A stretch of DNA of 36,136 bases from a virus (IMGVR_UViG_3300036773_000038:1-36136), one strand, 5' to 3'; shown: positions 7,822 through 17,565, counted from the first letter of the stretch. A program made the numbers and translations. The notes: generated by a model from the letters alone, not told the origin.

Positions 7822-8150
7822 GGTGATTCCCTTTCGATGCGATGATCCTTCTGGGCGGTGACGGTGCGCCGGATAACCCGGCGTTCGTGGTGGAACGCCA
7901 GACAGAGGATGACCAGCGCGAGCAGGATCAACCCCTGTTCGATATCGCTGGTCCACGCTGGCCAGGCGAGCAACCGGCGGGCAAGCGAGAACAGCTGAAT
8001 GAACACCACGGATCCGGCCAGCGTGACCAAAGCCCGGCCGACCACGCTGGCATACCAGGCGTTGCCCCACGTGTACACCAGGTAGAGCCAGATCGCGGCG
8101 AGCACCATCGCCACCGACAGCCCCGTGGCGACGAGCGTTGTGACGCTCAC
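7818..8150 (-). CDS. Three-TM holin-like membrane protein
   Basis: Three hydrophobic segments with a W..S.VGRAL motif; GGAGG RBS; directly downstream of the tail genes. Confidence 0.7.
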   Translation of the reverse strand: MSVTTLVATGLSVAMVLAAIWLYLVYTWGNAWYASVVGRALVTLAGSVVFIQLFSLARRLLAWPAWTSDIEQGLILLALVILCLAFHHERRVIRRTVTAQKDHRIERESP

Positions 8151-8356
8151 ACCGACCTCCCAATCAACGTGGCCCGGACCGCTTGCTCAAACCCATTCTC
8201 CCGCGCGATACGGCGAATGTCGCCCATACCCTCGTCCGCCTCGATCCTGATCTGCCGCGCCCGCCGGGCCCGCTCGTCCGCCTCGTGGAGGGCGGCCAGC
8301 GCGTCCGGGCTGGGCGTCCCGAACCGGCGGGTGAGCCACACCTGAAACCGTTTCAT
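8147..8356 (-). CDS. Small helical protein of the actinophage lysis-region membrane cassette
   Basis: C-terminal RENGFEQAVR motif; translationally coupled on both sides. Confidence 0.65.
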   Translation of the reverse strand: MKRFQVWLTRRFGTPSPDALAALHEADERARRARQIRIEADEGMGDIRRIARENGFEQAVRATLIGRSV

Positions 8357-8625
8357 GTGCTGTCCCGGCCCTCTCGTTGCGCTTCCCGGATGACCTTCCC
8401 GAGCGAATCGGCAACGTTGATCCCGATTGCCTTGGCCTGCTGCGCGTCACGCTGCACAGCCACCATATCGGTTACCCGTTCTTTCTCCCGCTCGAACGCG
8501 CCCCGCCAGGTGTCGACCTCAGATCTCAGTTGGACGGTGCGGACCAGGCTCCGGATACTGTACGTGCCCAGCGACACCACGCCCGTCCCCAAAACCCCGA
8601 TCACCCACAGGTAGAAATCAGTCAT
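8353..8625 (-). CDS. Single-TM coiled-coil membrane protein
   Basis: N-terminal TM segment, then EVDTWRGAFEREKER coiled coil; GAGGGG RBS. Confidence 0.7.
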   Translation of the reverse strand: MTDFYLWVIGVLGTGVVSLGTYSIRSLVRTVQLRSEVDTWRGAFEREKERVTDMVAVQRDAQQAKAIGINVADSLGKVIREAQREGRDST

Positions 8626-8701
8626 CTGCTGTGCCCCTCACCGCGCGTCAAAACGATTCAATTGGCACTGTACGTCACGATGATGTGCACACAGTCACTG
8701 A

Positions 8702-9307
8702 TCAGGTTCCGACGTCTTCGACATACAGGTTGGTGGGCTGCACCGCGCCGTTGCTGCGCGACGTGGTCCCACCGGAACCGGCCGCCACCTGGACCGCGAA
8801 CACCCCGACCGCGACCGTGCCCGCCGGGAGGGTGCCCGCCGGGAGCTCGATGAACCCGGACACGTACTGCGTGAACTGGATGGCCGAGTTCTGCACTTCC
8901 AGGATCTCGTTGCTGGACGTGGTGACCGTCGCCCCGGTAGCCCACCGGACGCGGAGCTGACTCGCATACCCGTTGGTGGAGTTCGTCAACGGGCCGCAGA
9001 CGCTGACTTTGTACCGGCGCGAGGCGCTGGCGGTGAACGTGGTTTGCGCGATCTTGACTTCGCCCGTCATGGTCGTGGCCGTCGAGGTGTCCGACAGGCT
9101 GGCCATGCGGCCTAGGCCAGACCCGTTCACGGTGGCGGTCAGGGTGGCCAGCCCGGACGCGTTGGTGGAGTCTGCTGCCGCGCGCGTGCCCGCTTCTGTG
9201 TTCAGTGCCGAATCGACGGCGACGGCGAGCGCTTGCAGATCGGCCGGAACGTTGGGCGCGTTGGTACCCGGCGGGTACGGAAACGCGTAGTTCGCGGTGG
9301 TGCCCAT
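8702..9307 (-). CDS. Minor tail protein (fiber / receptor-binding candidate)
   Basis: MGTTANYAFPYP...PADLQALAVAVD N-terminus common in actinophage tail fibers; beta-rich C-terminal domain. Confidence 0.75.
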   Translation of the reverse strand: MGTTANYAFPYPPGTNAPNVPADLQALAVAVDSALNTEAGTRAAADSTNASGLATLTATVNGSGLGRMASLSDTSTATTMTGEVKIAQTTFTASASRRYKVSVCGPLTNSTNGYASQLRVRWATGATVTTSSNEILEVQNSAIQFTQYVSGFIELPAGTLPAGTVAVGVFAVQVAAGSGGTTSRSNGAVQPTNLYVEDVGT

Positions 9308-9318
9308 GGGTTAACCTC

Positions 9319-9987
9319 TCACGCCTTGCTGAATATGCACGTGCCACTGACTTGCGAGCCGGTAATCGTCCCACTCGTGGTGCAACTGAACGATGTGGAC
9401 GCGACGATGGTGGTATTCGGTGTCACCGATTCCACACCAGATTGAAATTTCTGGAACACCTGATTGTGGGCACCAGTCGACGCCCATTGCAGCGGGCCGC
9501 CAGACCCATTCCCATTCATGGTGTGAGCAACCGAACAGTCCGAATCGGATCCCGCATTCTTGAAATACACCTCAGCCATGCCGAAAAAGGTCATGAGGTT
9601 GGCCCACACCGGGATCACGATGTTCGCCACCGCTAGCGTGACCCCGTTCGGGGCGGTGTACGCCTGGTTTGCCGTCGACGCGAAATACCCAGTCGTGGCC
9701 TGCGCGGCACTCGCGTAGTTGGCGCCACCGGCCGGAGTCACCTTGCACAAGATCGTGTAGGTGTTGCCGATGACCAGCATCATCACCGGGTCGCCGGGCA
9801 CATACCCGATGTCGGCCCCGTTGACCGCGATTTGCGCGTCGGTGATCACACCGCCCATGACGTTGACCGTGTTGTGGCCGGTCGCCTTGTCGAAGGTGAC
9901 GATCTGTCCCTGGATTACCCGGGCCGAACCGAATGCGTCCGGTGGTGGACCTTTGAACAGGTTCGCGAATTCATCCTGTAATGACAA
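9319..9987 (-). CDS. Minor tail protein (tail tip)
   Basis: QGQIVTFD..TGHNTVNV.G OB-like N-terminus; synteny. Confidence 0.7.
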   Translation of the reverse strand: MSLQDEFANLFKGPPPDAFGSARVIQGQIVTFDKATGHNTVNVMGGVITDAQIAVNGADIGYVPGDPVMMLVIGNTYTILCKVTPAGGANYASAAQATTGYFASTANQAYTAPNGVTLAVANIVIPVWANLMTFFGMAEVYFKNAGSDSDCSVAHTMNGNGSGGPLQWASTGAHNQVFQKFQSGVESVTPNTTIVASTSFSCTTSGTITGSQVSGTCIFSKA

Positions 9988-11089
9988 CGTAGTTACCCCC
10001 GATCAACTGTCGTGTTTGGACAGACATGGCATCCTTGGCGCCTAGGCCGATCGTCATGGACTTGATCACGTGCACATCAGCGCTGTCCGTGTAGCTGATC
10101 GTCACCGGGTCCCAGCACTCCAGCGCCGGGTTCGGCACCTGGCTGAAGTCCACTTCGAACGGGACACCGGACTGCTTTTGCATGATCGAGATGGCCGCGC
10201 CCCGGCATTGGTTGACATCATTGAGGAAGCTCGACACGAAGAATTGCGGGATCTTCCCGAATGGCCCATACCAATAGGTGGGCGACGACGGGTTGTTGTC
10301 GATCACCAGCGCGGTCGGTGGCGCGTTGTCCGTCGCTTGTTGTCCACTTGCGACACACCCCGAGTAGACGCCGTCACGGGCGAGACTGCGCGACACCGAT
10401 ACCAGCACCCCGCCGTCACCGCTCTTGACGGTGGCCACCGGTACATTGGGGTTGGGCGGAACCTTGATCACCAGGACGCCCCGGTAGTCCCAATACCAGA
10501 TCATGCCGTAGCTGGTGATGAGATCGTTGAGGAATCCGTACCGGTCGTTGGTGGTGGTTTGTCCCGCGTTCAGGGTGGCTGTGTCCAGGCTGGCGTCGTA
10601 GGCGAAAGTGGCCCAGGGGTAGCAGTCCAGCACGAGGTCTTTGATCACGGCAGATACGACGCTGCCCGCCGGGTAGCTGCGGACGATCGCGATACGGGCG
10701 TCGATGATCCCCTGCATCCGGTCGGACAGGTCCAGGACGATCGCGCCCGCCGGAACGGTGTCCTGCTGCGGCTTGTTGATCCGGTAGTACCCAAGCCCCA
10801 CCCACTCGGTGGTGCCCCCGCCGTAGACGACACCACGCTCTAGGTACACCTCGTTGCCGAACGGCGCCAGCAGGTCCGTCAATGCGGCAGGCCACGCGGT
10901 GCTGGTGGTCAAGGACGCATGCGCGAGCACGTTCTGTGTCGAATCGAACGTGACCGAGCACGCCTCAATTCCGACCCGCGAACCGATCGGGGCGACACCG
11001 TTCTGCCCCGGCGCTACCACGGTGGCACGTGATGCCATCGCGTGGCTGCTGCCGACGGCTTTCAGGAACGCGGCGCTGACTGGTCGCAT
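9971..11089 (-). CDS. Minor tail protein, DUF5047-like baseplate hub
   Basis: MRPVSAAFL.AV.SSH, LAPFGNEVYLERGV, SPTYW.GPFGKIP and PNPALE motifs. Confidence 0.8.
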   Translation of the reverse strand: MRPVSAAFLKAVGSSHAMASRATVVAPGQNGVAPIGSRVGIEACSVTFDSTQNVLAHASLTTSTAWPAALTDLLAPFGNEVYLERGVVYGGGTTEWVGLGYYRINKPQQDTVPAGAIVLDLSDRMQGIIDARIAIVRSYPAGSVVSAVIKDLVLDCYPWATFAYDASLDTATLNAGQTTTNDRYGFLNDLITSYGMIWYWDYRGVLVIKVPPNPNVPVATVKSGDGGVLVSVSRSLARDGVYSGCVASGQQATDNAPPTALVIDNNPSSPTYWYGPFGKIPQFFVSSFLNDVNQCRGAAISIMQKQSGVPFEVDFSQVPNPALECWDPVTISYTDSADVHVIKSMTIGLGAKDAMSVQTRQLIGGNYVVITG

Positions 11090-11092
11090 CGC

Positions 11093-12496
11093 TTACCCCG
11101 TAATGATTTCGCCGGGAGTGCCCACAATGGACAGAAGATCGTTGTAGGTTGCTTTGGCTGCGAGCAATGCGTTGTAGGTGGCGTACTGCGCGATGACCGA
11201 GTTGTAGGTGCCGGTGACGGCGGCGAGCGATGCCGACGGCGCGGCAACCTCGGTGAGCGGCAGCACCAGTTGCCGGTGTCGGCTCGTCGCCGCAATGTAC
11301 TGCTTGTCAAGATCCCCGAACACGTAGTAGCCGGTGAGGTCGGCCGCGCGGGACCCCTTAGGGGCGTGGATGAACTTGACCGCCCCGTTCATCTGGCAGT
11401 CGTGTAGGTCACTCATGCTGTCCGGGTCGGCCGTCCACACGGTGAGGGTGGACTTGCGCCCGCCGTAGAGGTCGGTAACCGCGATCGGCAAGGTTCGGGC
11501 TATCACGTCGAACGTACCGGACCTGGACGCGTTGGTGATGTCGGCGACGCCCGTGGTAATCACCGGCCGATTGAGGTACGGCGCGGTCGGGTCTTTGATC
11601 CAGCAGCCGGTCAGTGCCGGGGTGACGGTGCCGGTCTCCTGCGAGACGAGCGCCCGGATGCCTAGGTTGACCTGGAGGACGGCGCTGGTGGCCGACGTAG
11701 CGCCGGTGAGGGTGAACGCGCCGCTCCCGTAGGACGCTGCCACCAGCACCCAGTTGATCAGCGTGTAGCCGGTGGCCGTGTCGTTGCTGTTGACCGCCGG
11801 GGACACGCCGGTGTTGATGGTGCGCGAGAAGCCCATGATGAACCCGGCCTGCGCGCTGCCCGCGATCGCGGAAAACGCGGGCCATGCGATGACCGTGGCT
11901 GCAGTGTTGGCTTGCGCCTGCGCGTTGCCCAGCACGCTGGCGACGTTGCGCATCGCGATCACCTTGCCGATCACCTTGTCCCCGGACGCCAGCCCAGTCA
12001 CGGTGAATGCGGGGATGGTGAGGCTCGCCGACCAGTCGGCGCCGTAGACCGCCATGGCGTTCGCGCTGGCGAGCAGGATCCACCCGGTGGGCGCGGCCGG
12101 TGGCGACGCGGTGGACTTGGTGTTGGCGATCTGGACGAACACCGCATCGCCGACAGCCAGCCCGGTCGGCATGGCCGGGGTGACGCTGGCACTGGCACCG
12201 GCCGACGTGGTCACGGTGGCGGCCTGCCACGGGCCGATCGCGTTCGGCGAACTGGTGTCCAGGTAGGTGGCCCGGTAGGTGTTGACGACCCCGTCGGCGA
12301 ACTCATAGTCATCGACGCTGGCCGCCCCGCTGGCCAGAGTCAGCGCGGTGGCGCCCCGGACGGTGGTGTACCGGATGCCGTCGGTGGAGCGCTCCAGCAG
12401 CACGGCAGTGGCGCGCGTCGGCGCGCTGGACACGGCCACGGTGACATGCGGGCCCGGCGAGGTGCTCGGGTTGGTGTACGTCGCGGTAAGGGTCAT
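11093..12496 (-). CDS. Minor tail protein (distal-tail-like, with inserted beta-rich domain)
   Basis: Directly follows the tape measure; VDDYEF and WIKDP.AP.LN motifs flank an Ala/Thr-rich insert. Confidence 0.75.
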   Translation of the reverse strand: MTLTATYTNPSTSPGPHVTVAVSSAPTRATAVLLERSTDGIRYTTVRGATALTLASGAASVDDYEFADGVVNTYRATYLDTSSPNAIGPWQAATVTTSAGASASVTPAMPTGLAVGDAVFVQIANTKSTASPPAAPTGWILLASANAMAVYGADWSASLTIPAFTVTGLASGDKVIGKVIAMRNVASVLGNAQAQANTAATVIAWPAFSAIAGSAQAGFIMGFSRTINTGVSPAVNSNDTATGYTLINWVLVAASYGSGAFTLTGATSATSAVLQVNLGIRALVSQETGTVTPALTGCWIKDPTAPYLNRPVITTGVADITNASRSGTFDVIARTLPIAVTDLYGGRKSTLTVWTADPDSMSDLHDCQMNGAVKFIHAPKGSRAADLTGYYVFGDLDKQYIAATSRHRQLVLPLTEVAAPSASLAAVTGTYNSVIAQYATYNALLAAKATYNDLLSIVGTPGEIITG

Positions 12497-14829
12497 CGCA
12501 CTCCTGCCTTGACCTTCTGGCTGATAACCCGGAAATTGGCGTCAAGCTGGGCCTGGACCACAATCCGAATCTGGTCCGACAGGTCGATGGGGATTTCGAC
12601 CATCGGGCCTGCCGCGCTGTCACCGGAACCGCCGACGATGTTCGCCGTGTCGTTGGCCGACCGGATCGTGCCGCTCTGGTTGGGGACGAACAGTTCCGGG
12701 CCCAGTCCGTCCCCGACGATGTAGGCGCGCCCGGCCGTGACCGGGCCACCGGTGGCGCGCAGGTTCAGGTTGGTGTTGCTGGCGCCCGCGATGCCCTTGA
12801 CGCCGGTGTTGATCAGGATCGTGCGGCCGGTGTTGGCGGCGATGAACTGGTTCAGGTCGGCCTGCGCGGGCTGCACGTTCGCCGTCACGGTGGTGTTGAT
12901 GTTCGGCGGGACCTGGTAGTACTCGGCAATCAGGTCCTTGACCTTCTGCACGTTGATGCCCAGCGCGGACGCGAGCGGCCCGGCGAGCTGGTCGGCGAGC
13001 TGACCGGTCGCCGCGTTCGCCTGGTCCTGGGTGTCGCCCTGGTCAACCAGCGCCTGGTTGTAGGTGGCCAGCTTGCCCGCCATGTCCTCGAACGTGGACC
13101 GGGCTTGTTCGCCGCGCGTGGTCGTCAGGCTCAGGTTGCCGCTCGCGTCCAGCAGGGCGCCGCTCGTCCCGGACAGGGAATCCTTGAACCCATTGACACT
13201 CTGGTACAGCGCGGAAATCGCGTCGTTGGCTTTCTCCGCGCCACCCTCACCGAGCAGTTGCAGGTCCGTCGTGAACGCGTTGAGCCGGGCATCGGCCGAC
13301 TGGGTGTTGTCCGCGAAGATCTTCGCGTTTGCCGCGAGGGTCTGAAAGTTCAGATAGGCGGCTGGTGCCGATTGTGCCGCTGCGGCGTTCGCGTTCGCTG
13401 CGGCGTTGGCGGCGTCAGCTGCGGCGTTGTAGGTGTCGTGCAGCTGGCTCAGACCCTGGCTCAGGCCCTGCGACGCCTCCGCCTGGTCCGACGTGGTGGT
13501 GGTGGCGACCCGGCCGTTGTAGTTGTACTGGACCCCGGCGTCGGTGACCCCCTGAAGTTTGGACTGGAGATCGGAGTACGCACTGCCACCTTGGGTGATG
13601 GCCTGAATCAGTTGTGTTTGCGAGACGCCTGCTTGCTGCGCCAACGGGATCAGTGTCTTGTATGCGTCCGATTGGATCAGCGCACCGGTGCTCGCCGCGG
13701 TGATCTGGCCGTTGCTGGACACCATGGCCGCGGTGAGGTTCTCTTGCGCCTGCGTCAGGTCCTGGCTGCTGATCGTGGTCTTGCCCATGATCGCAGCGAG
13801 ACCGAGCAGCGCGAGGCCACCACCGACGACCGCAACACCAAACGGGCCGGACAGGTTCTCCGCTCCCGTTGCCAAACTGGTGAACAGTTTCGACGTGTTG
13901 GGCGCGCTGGACTCCGCGTTCGCCGCGACGTTGAGCAGACCTCTCGAGACGTTGGTCAAGCCCGTGTTGATGCCGTCCACGGCAGTTTTGGCCAGCGAGA
14001 AACCCTTGAACCCGACCGTGGCCAGCGGCACGTACCCGGCGATGTCACCCAGTTCCGGGCTGATGGTGGCCAGGCCCTGGGTGAGGAAGTTGACGACGCT
14101 CAGGGTGGCGCCGATACCGCTGGACATGGCGGGCAGAACCCGGCCGACGATCGAACCGACGTTCTCCACGATCGAGCCGGTTTGCCCGAACAGGCCAGCG
14201 AACTGGCTGGCCCCCGACGACAGGCCCGTCAGCGCGATGTCCCCGGCGGTGCCGATGTCACCGAGCAGCACCGACACGCCACCGAGCACCGTGTTGCTGG
14301 CCTGCGCGCTGCGCACGAGCCCTGGCATGATGTTGGTGATCAGATTGTCGACGCCGTCGGTCAGGGTCGTGATACCGGGGTTGGCGGCCTGGAACACCTC
14401 GGAGAGCTGCGGTTGGACCTTGGTCAGCTCGTCTTGGAGACTGCCAATCGACTCCGTGATGTAGGGGACGGCGTCGGCGGTGAGTCCCTTGATCTCGTTG
14501 GTGGCCTGGGTGCGCAGGTCGGCGAACGAGGCGACCACCAGGTCGTTGTTCGACTGCGCCAGGACGGCGATACCGGCGAACCCGGCGCCCACCCCGGCGA
14601 TGAGCGCACCACCGGCCAGCGGGGCCGCGGTGGCGATGAGAGCGGGCAGCAGCGATATCTTGCTGTTGACGTCGTCGATTGTCTTGGTGAACTTGTCATA
14701 CCCGCTGGTGTCACCGGCAGTCTTATTGACCGCTTTCAGGGCGACATCGGCGCCACCGGCCGCGGCCACCAGGTCGGCGATATCGCCGGTGAACTTGAGG
14801 CTGATTGTCCTACTAGAACCGGCACCCAT
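12493..14829 (-). CDS. Tape measure protein
   Basis: 778 aa, Ala/Gly-rich helical; C-terminal RATGGPV...YIVG..GPELFVP motif; synteny. Confidence 0.92.
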   Translation of the reverse strand: MGAGSSRTISLKFTGDIADLVAAAGGADVALKAVNKTAGDTSGYDKFTKTIDDVNSKISLLPALIATAAPLAGGALIAGVGAGFAGIAVLAQSNNDLVVASFADLRTQATNEIKGLTADAVPYITESIGSLQDELTKVQPQLSEVFQAANPGITTLTDGVDNLITNIMPGLVRSAQASNTVLGGVSVLLGDIGTAGDIALTGLSSGASQFAGLFGQTGSIVENVGSIVGRVLPAMSSGIGATLSVVNFLTQGLATISPELGDIAGYVPLATVGFKGFSLAKTAVDGINTGLTNVSRGLLNVAANAESSAPNTSKLFTSLATGAENLSGPFGVAVVGGGLALLGLAAIMGKTTISSQDLTQAQENLTAAMVSSNGQITAASTGALIQSDAYKTLIPLAQQAGVSQTQLIQAITQGGSAYSDLQSKLQGVTDAGVQYNYNGRVATTTTSDQAEASQGLSQGLSQLHDTYNAAADAANAAANANAAAAQSAPAAYLNFQTLAANAKIFADNTQSADARLNAFTTDLQLLGEGGAEKANDAISALYQSVNGFKDSLSGTSGALLDASGNLSLTTTRGEQARSTFEDMAGKLATYNQALVDQGDTQDQANAATGQLADQLAGPLASALGINVQKVKDLIAEYYQVPPNINTTVTANVQPAQADLNQFIAANTGRTILINTGVKGIAGASNTNLNLRATGGPVTAGRAYIVGDGLGPELFVPNQSGTIRSANDTANIVGGSGDSAAGPMVEIPIDLSDQIRIVVQAQLDANFRVISQKVKAGVR

Positions 14830-15308
14830 CAGACATCGTCACCACCCTCGGAGAACTTCGCGATGACGTCTTCGGCCGCGGCCATCCACCGATCCGCGAT
14901 GAGACCGGACGCGTCCTGGACGGTCGGGAAGAACCACCGGCCCAACGGCTGACGGGGCGGGAACTGCTTGAGGTACGAGGCCCCGAACTCGGACCCGAAC
15001 AAGAGCTTGAACGCAGGCTTGCGCCGGGTGCCCACACGCGCCTCACCACCGGCCCACACCACCGGCAGGTCAGAATCCGCCGACGTGGAATTGTCTTCCA
15101 CGTCGGCGCCCCACCCAATCGGGATCAACCCCGCCTGGCTACCACGACTGGCCGCGGCGACCCGGATCCGTTTGCCGATGTCCACCGACAGGTCATACGC
15201 GGCGTCCTTCAGCGCGCCCTTGGCGTCATCGGGGAGTTTCGCCAGGGCGGCCAAGGTCGGGTAGAGGCCCCGTACCGAGATCGAGACGGACAGTCCTTGT
15301 TTCGCCAC
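14829..15308 (-). CDS. HK97-gp10-like / tail completion protein
   Basis: V.GL..TL.AL...EFG...RWFFPTV pattern; GGAGG RBS before GTG 15308. Confidence 0.6.
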   Translation of the reverse strand: MAKQGLSVSISVRGLYPTLAALAKLPDDAKGALKDAAYDLSVDIGKRIRVAAASRGSQAGLIPIGWGADVEDNSTSADSDLPVVWAGGEARVGTRRKPAFKLLFGSEFGASYLKQFPPRQPLGRWFFPTVQDASGLIADRWMAAAEDVIAKFSEGGDDV

Positions 15309-15323
15309 TGGTCCGCCTCCCAC

Positions 15324-15503
15324 TCATCTGCGTTTTTGGTTGTCGGCAACGATTTTGTTGATGATGTCCGTCACCGTGGAGATCGTCCGTGTGCCGGTAT
15401 TCTGGTCCCGTTCGAACTCCTCGCGCCATTCCCGCACGGGGATGTGTGAGAACAACGCGATATCGATCAGGCTCCGGTTGAGGGAACCTGCTGGGTAGGG
15501 TCC
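15324..15503 (-). CDS. Tail assembly chaperone frameshift extension (gpT-like)
   Basis: The -1 frame (PYPAGSLNRSLIDIALFSHIPVREW...) overlaps the chaperone end, has no evident start of its own and fills the gap to the next gene. Confidence 0.7.
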   Translation of the reverse strand, partial: GPYPAGSLNRSLIDIALFSHIPVREWREEFERDQNTGTRTISTVTDIINKIVADNQKRR

Positions 15504-15820
15504 GGCGTCGCAACGTCCTCCGGTGTCAGTTCGGTGCCGGTCGCCTGCGCGTCGCGCGCTTCCTGGTACGCGGCCGACATGACTTCGTTCTGCTTGACGA
15601 AGTCCATCATCTTGTCCGGAATAGACTTCCCGTTGAGCTTGGACCACACGTAGGCGATCTCATACATGTCGTGCGCTGACCAGCCACCGTTGGTGGTGAG
15701 CTTGGTCAGCGACCGGCCCGGGTAGTTGGTCTCCCACTGGAAGATCGTGCCCATGTCGGCCTCCACCAGATACCCGGGGTCGCCGTTCTTGGGCTCGACA
15801 TACACCTTGCCGACGATCAT
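15467..15820 (-). CDS. Tail assembly chaperone (gpG-like)
   Basis: Position upstream of the tape measure; ends ...PDPTQQ over the candidate slip site G-GAC-CCT-AC. Confidence 0.75.
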   Translation of the reverse strand: MIVGKVYVEPKNGDPGYLVEADMGTIFQWETNYPGRSLTKLTTNGGWSAHDMYEIAYVWSKLNGKSIPDKMMDFVKQNEVMSAAYQEARDAQATGTELTPEDVATPDPTQQVPSTGA

Positions 15821-16197
15821 GAGTAGGCCACCACCGCTCGGGTCACCGTGGTGATTGCCGAGTAGTCGACGTACACCCGGCCCTGGTCGTCGCCGCCGGA
15901 CGCGTTGGCGCCGGAGGGCTGACCGAAAATGTCCTTGTCGAACGGGCCGATCAGTTCGGTTTTCCCGGCCGCCACCGCCACCACGAGGTTGGTGACCGCC
16001 AGGCCCTTGACCGTTCGGGTGGCGTGCGCCGTGACGTTGATGGACGACCCGGACCCATTGGTCACGATGAGCTGTGTCTTGCCCGCATCGACCACGTCAC
16101 CGTCGGCGGTGACCGCCACGGAGTAGTCGAGCGCGACGCCGCCGACGAGGCCGTTGGGCGGCCACACCTGGCTGACAGTCGAAATCCTGTTCGCCAT
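15817..16197 (-). CDS. Small beta-sandwich virion structural protein
   Basis: DGD...L.V.NG.GSSINVT...V.V.AG....IGPF pattern; lies between tail tube and chaperone. Confidence 0.65.
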   Translation of the reverse strand: MANRISTVSQVWPPNGLVGGVALDYSVAVTADGDVVDAGKTQLIVTNGSGSSINVTAHATRTVKGLAVTNLVVAVAAGKTELIGPFDKDIFGQPSGANASGGDDQGRVYVDYSAITTVTRAVVAYS

Positions 16198-16203
16198 GTC
16201 AGA

Positions 16204-16626
16204 TCACACCCTGTCGTATGCCGGGATGCCGATGACCGGCAACGTGATGTCCTGGGTTTCCGTGGTGCGCGTGTCGCCACCGACCGACGGGGCGAGCACG
16301 ATCAGGTTCCCGGACCACCGGACATGCTGGTCGCTCAGGTCCTCGTGGTGGTCCAGGACGAACGCCGCCGTGTCCTTGTTGTGGGACATCAGGTAGTCGC
16401 TGATCCCGTTGACGCGCCAGTCGCTGAAGAGCTTCAGCTCCAGGCCGTACTGATCGTCGGTTTCCTCGTAGAACGAGTTGTTGCCCTCACCGGCAGAGCA
16501 ATACGTGTACTGCTGGTTGCCGACCTTGGCGTTGGGGTTCATGTTGAACGTGGAAACCTGGCAGTCGAAGGCGATCCCGTCGATTGTCAGGGTCAAGATT
16601 TTGAGCCGCTCAGCGTGGATGGTCAC
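16204..16626 (-). CDS. Major tail (tube) protein
   Basis: 140 aa beta-rich; LTIDG..FDCQVS...SDW..NG.S.YL...APSVGG; GAGG RBS; synteny. Confidence 0.75.
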   Translation of the reverse strand: MTIHAERLKILTLTIDGIAFDCQVSTFNMNPNAKVGNQQYTYCSAGEGNNSFYEETDDQYGLELKLFSDWRVNGISDYLMSHNKDTAAFVLDHHEDLSDQHVRWSGNLIVLAPSVGGDTRTTETQDITLPVIGIPAYDRV

Positions 16627-17012
16627 AATGTCACCTCGCATGTTACGTAGTAGCAGGGGAGTTGGGTGGCCCCCTGCGGGAATGTGCCAGTCACAGCTTG
16701 GGTCAGGTCAAGGTTGTGAACCTTGTCCAGCGCCCGGGTAACCTCGAATAGGGCGGCCTGGGCCAGTTGGGCGACGTACGCGTTTGCCTTGAACACCACG
16801 GCAACCACGAATGTGGCTTGATCAGGATCCGGGTTGTTGAACGCGTTGGCGGTCCAGTCGTAGAGTGGTACTGAGATCACGGCGGCCGGGAACGAGGCGA
16901 GGCTCTTGCCGGGGTCGTCGGTGACGAGGATATTGGCCCCGTTCACCTGAACCCCGGTCAGGGCGTCCACAATGGACTGTTTCGCCTCGTCACCCGGGTA
17001 CACCGTGGTCAT
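16623..17012 (-). CDS. Tail terminator
   Basis: 129 aa, PAAVI.VP and LPCY motifs; directly upstream of the tail tube gene. Confidence 0.65.
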   Translation of the reverse strand: MTTVYPGDEAKQSIVDALTGVQVNGANILVTDDPGKSLASFPAAVISVPLYDWTANAFNNPDPDQATFVVAVVFKANAYVAQLAQAALFEVTRALDKVHNLDLTQAVTGTFPQGATQLPCYYVTCEVTL

Positions 17013-17365
17013 CAGTAGAACGCCCCCTCGACGAACGGGCCGATGGACAACAGCCGAGAGATGTCTGGGTCCGACCAGGCCACCTTGCTGACCCCGAGGT
17101 CTCCCGCCGCGATCATGCCGTCTGGCGAACGCTGCCGGTCCAGCAGGCGAACAGTCAGCATGACCGTCCCCTGCCACACATCGGCGTCGGGTTCGTCCAA
17201 ACAGGACAGCGGGTCAGAGTCATAGTTCAGGTCAGGGCGGACCTTGCGCACGTGCACAACCGCCGACGCCAGGCGATTCGCGATCGTCGCGTCGTCGGTG
17301 TCGTTGGGGACATCGGCATCCGCTTTGATGTCGTCCAGCGTCGGCGGCCACACACCAAGAGGCAT
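17012..17365 (-). CDS. Head-to-tail adaptor (gp6/gp15-like)
   Basis: WPPTLDDIK...GTVML..RL..RQRSPDG...DPDISRLL pattern. Confidence 0.8.
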   Translation of the reverse strand: MPLGVWPPTLDDIKADADVPNDTDDATIANRLASAVVHVRKVRPDLNYDSDPLSCLDEPDADVWQGTVMLTVRLLDRQRSPDGMIAAGDLGVSKVAWSDPDISRLLSIGPFVEGAFY

Positions 17366-17367
17366 GA

Positions 17368-17565
17368 TCAGTAGTCCTCTGCTCGGACCGCGTGGAGCAC
17401 TCGCGTCATTGCCGCAATCGCGTCCGCCTCTGCGGCGTAGTCGGCGGTGATACGGATACTCTGGACCGCTCCGTACCACTGTCCGCCAGCTTCGGCTACG
17501 GACCCTGTCACGCCGGTGTCCGTGTCCACTGCGGACCCGTCGGCCGTGACAACCCAGGCACTCAT
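17368..17565 (-). CDS. Small hypothetical head-region protein (65 aa)
   Basis: TGATG overlap with the capsid stop; fills the gap before the adaptor. Confidence 0.65.
   Translation of the reverse strand: MSAWVVTADGSAVDTDTGVTGSVAEAGGQWYGAVQSIRITADYAAEADAIAAMTRVLHAVRAEDY

Noticed and set aside
13105-14952. 615-aa plus-strand ORF
   Set aside because: Antisense to the tape measure gene; a typical high-GC shadow ORF
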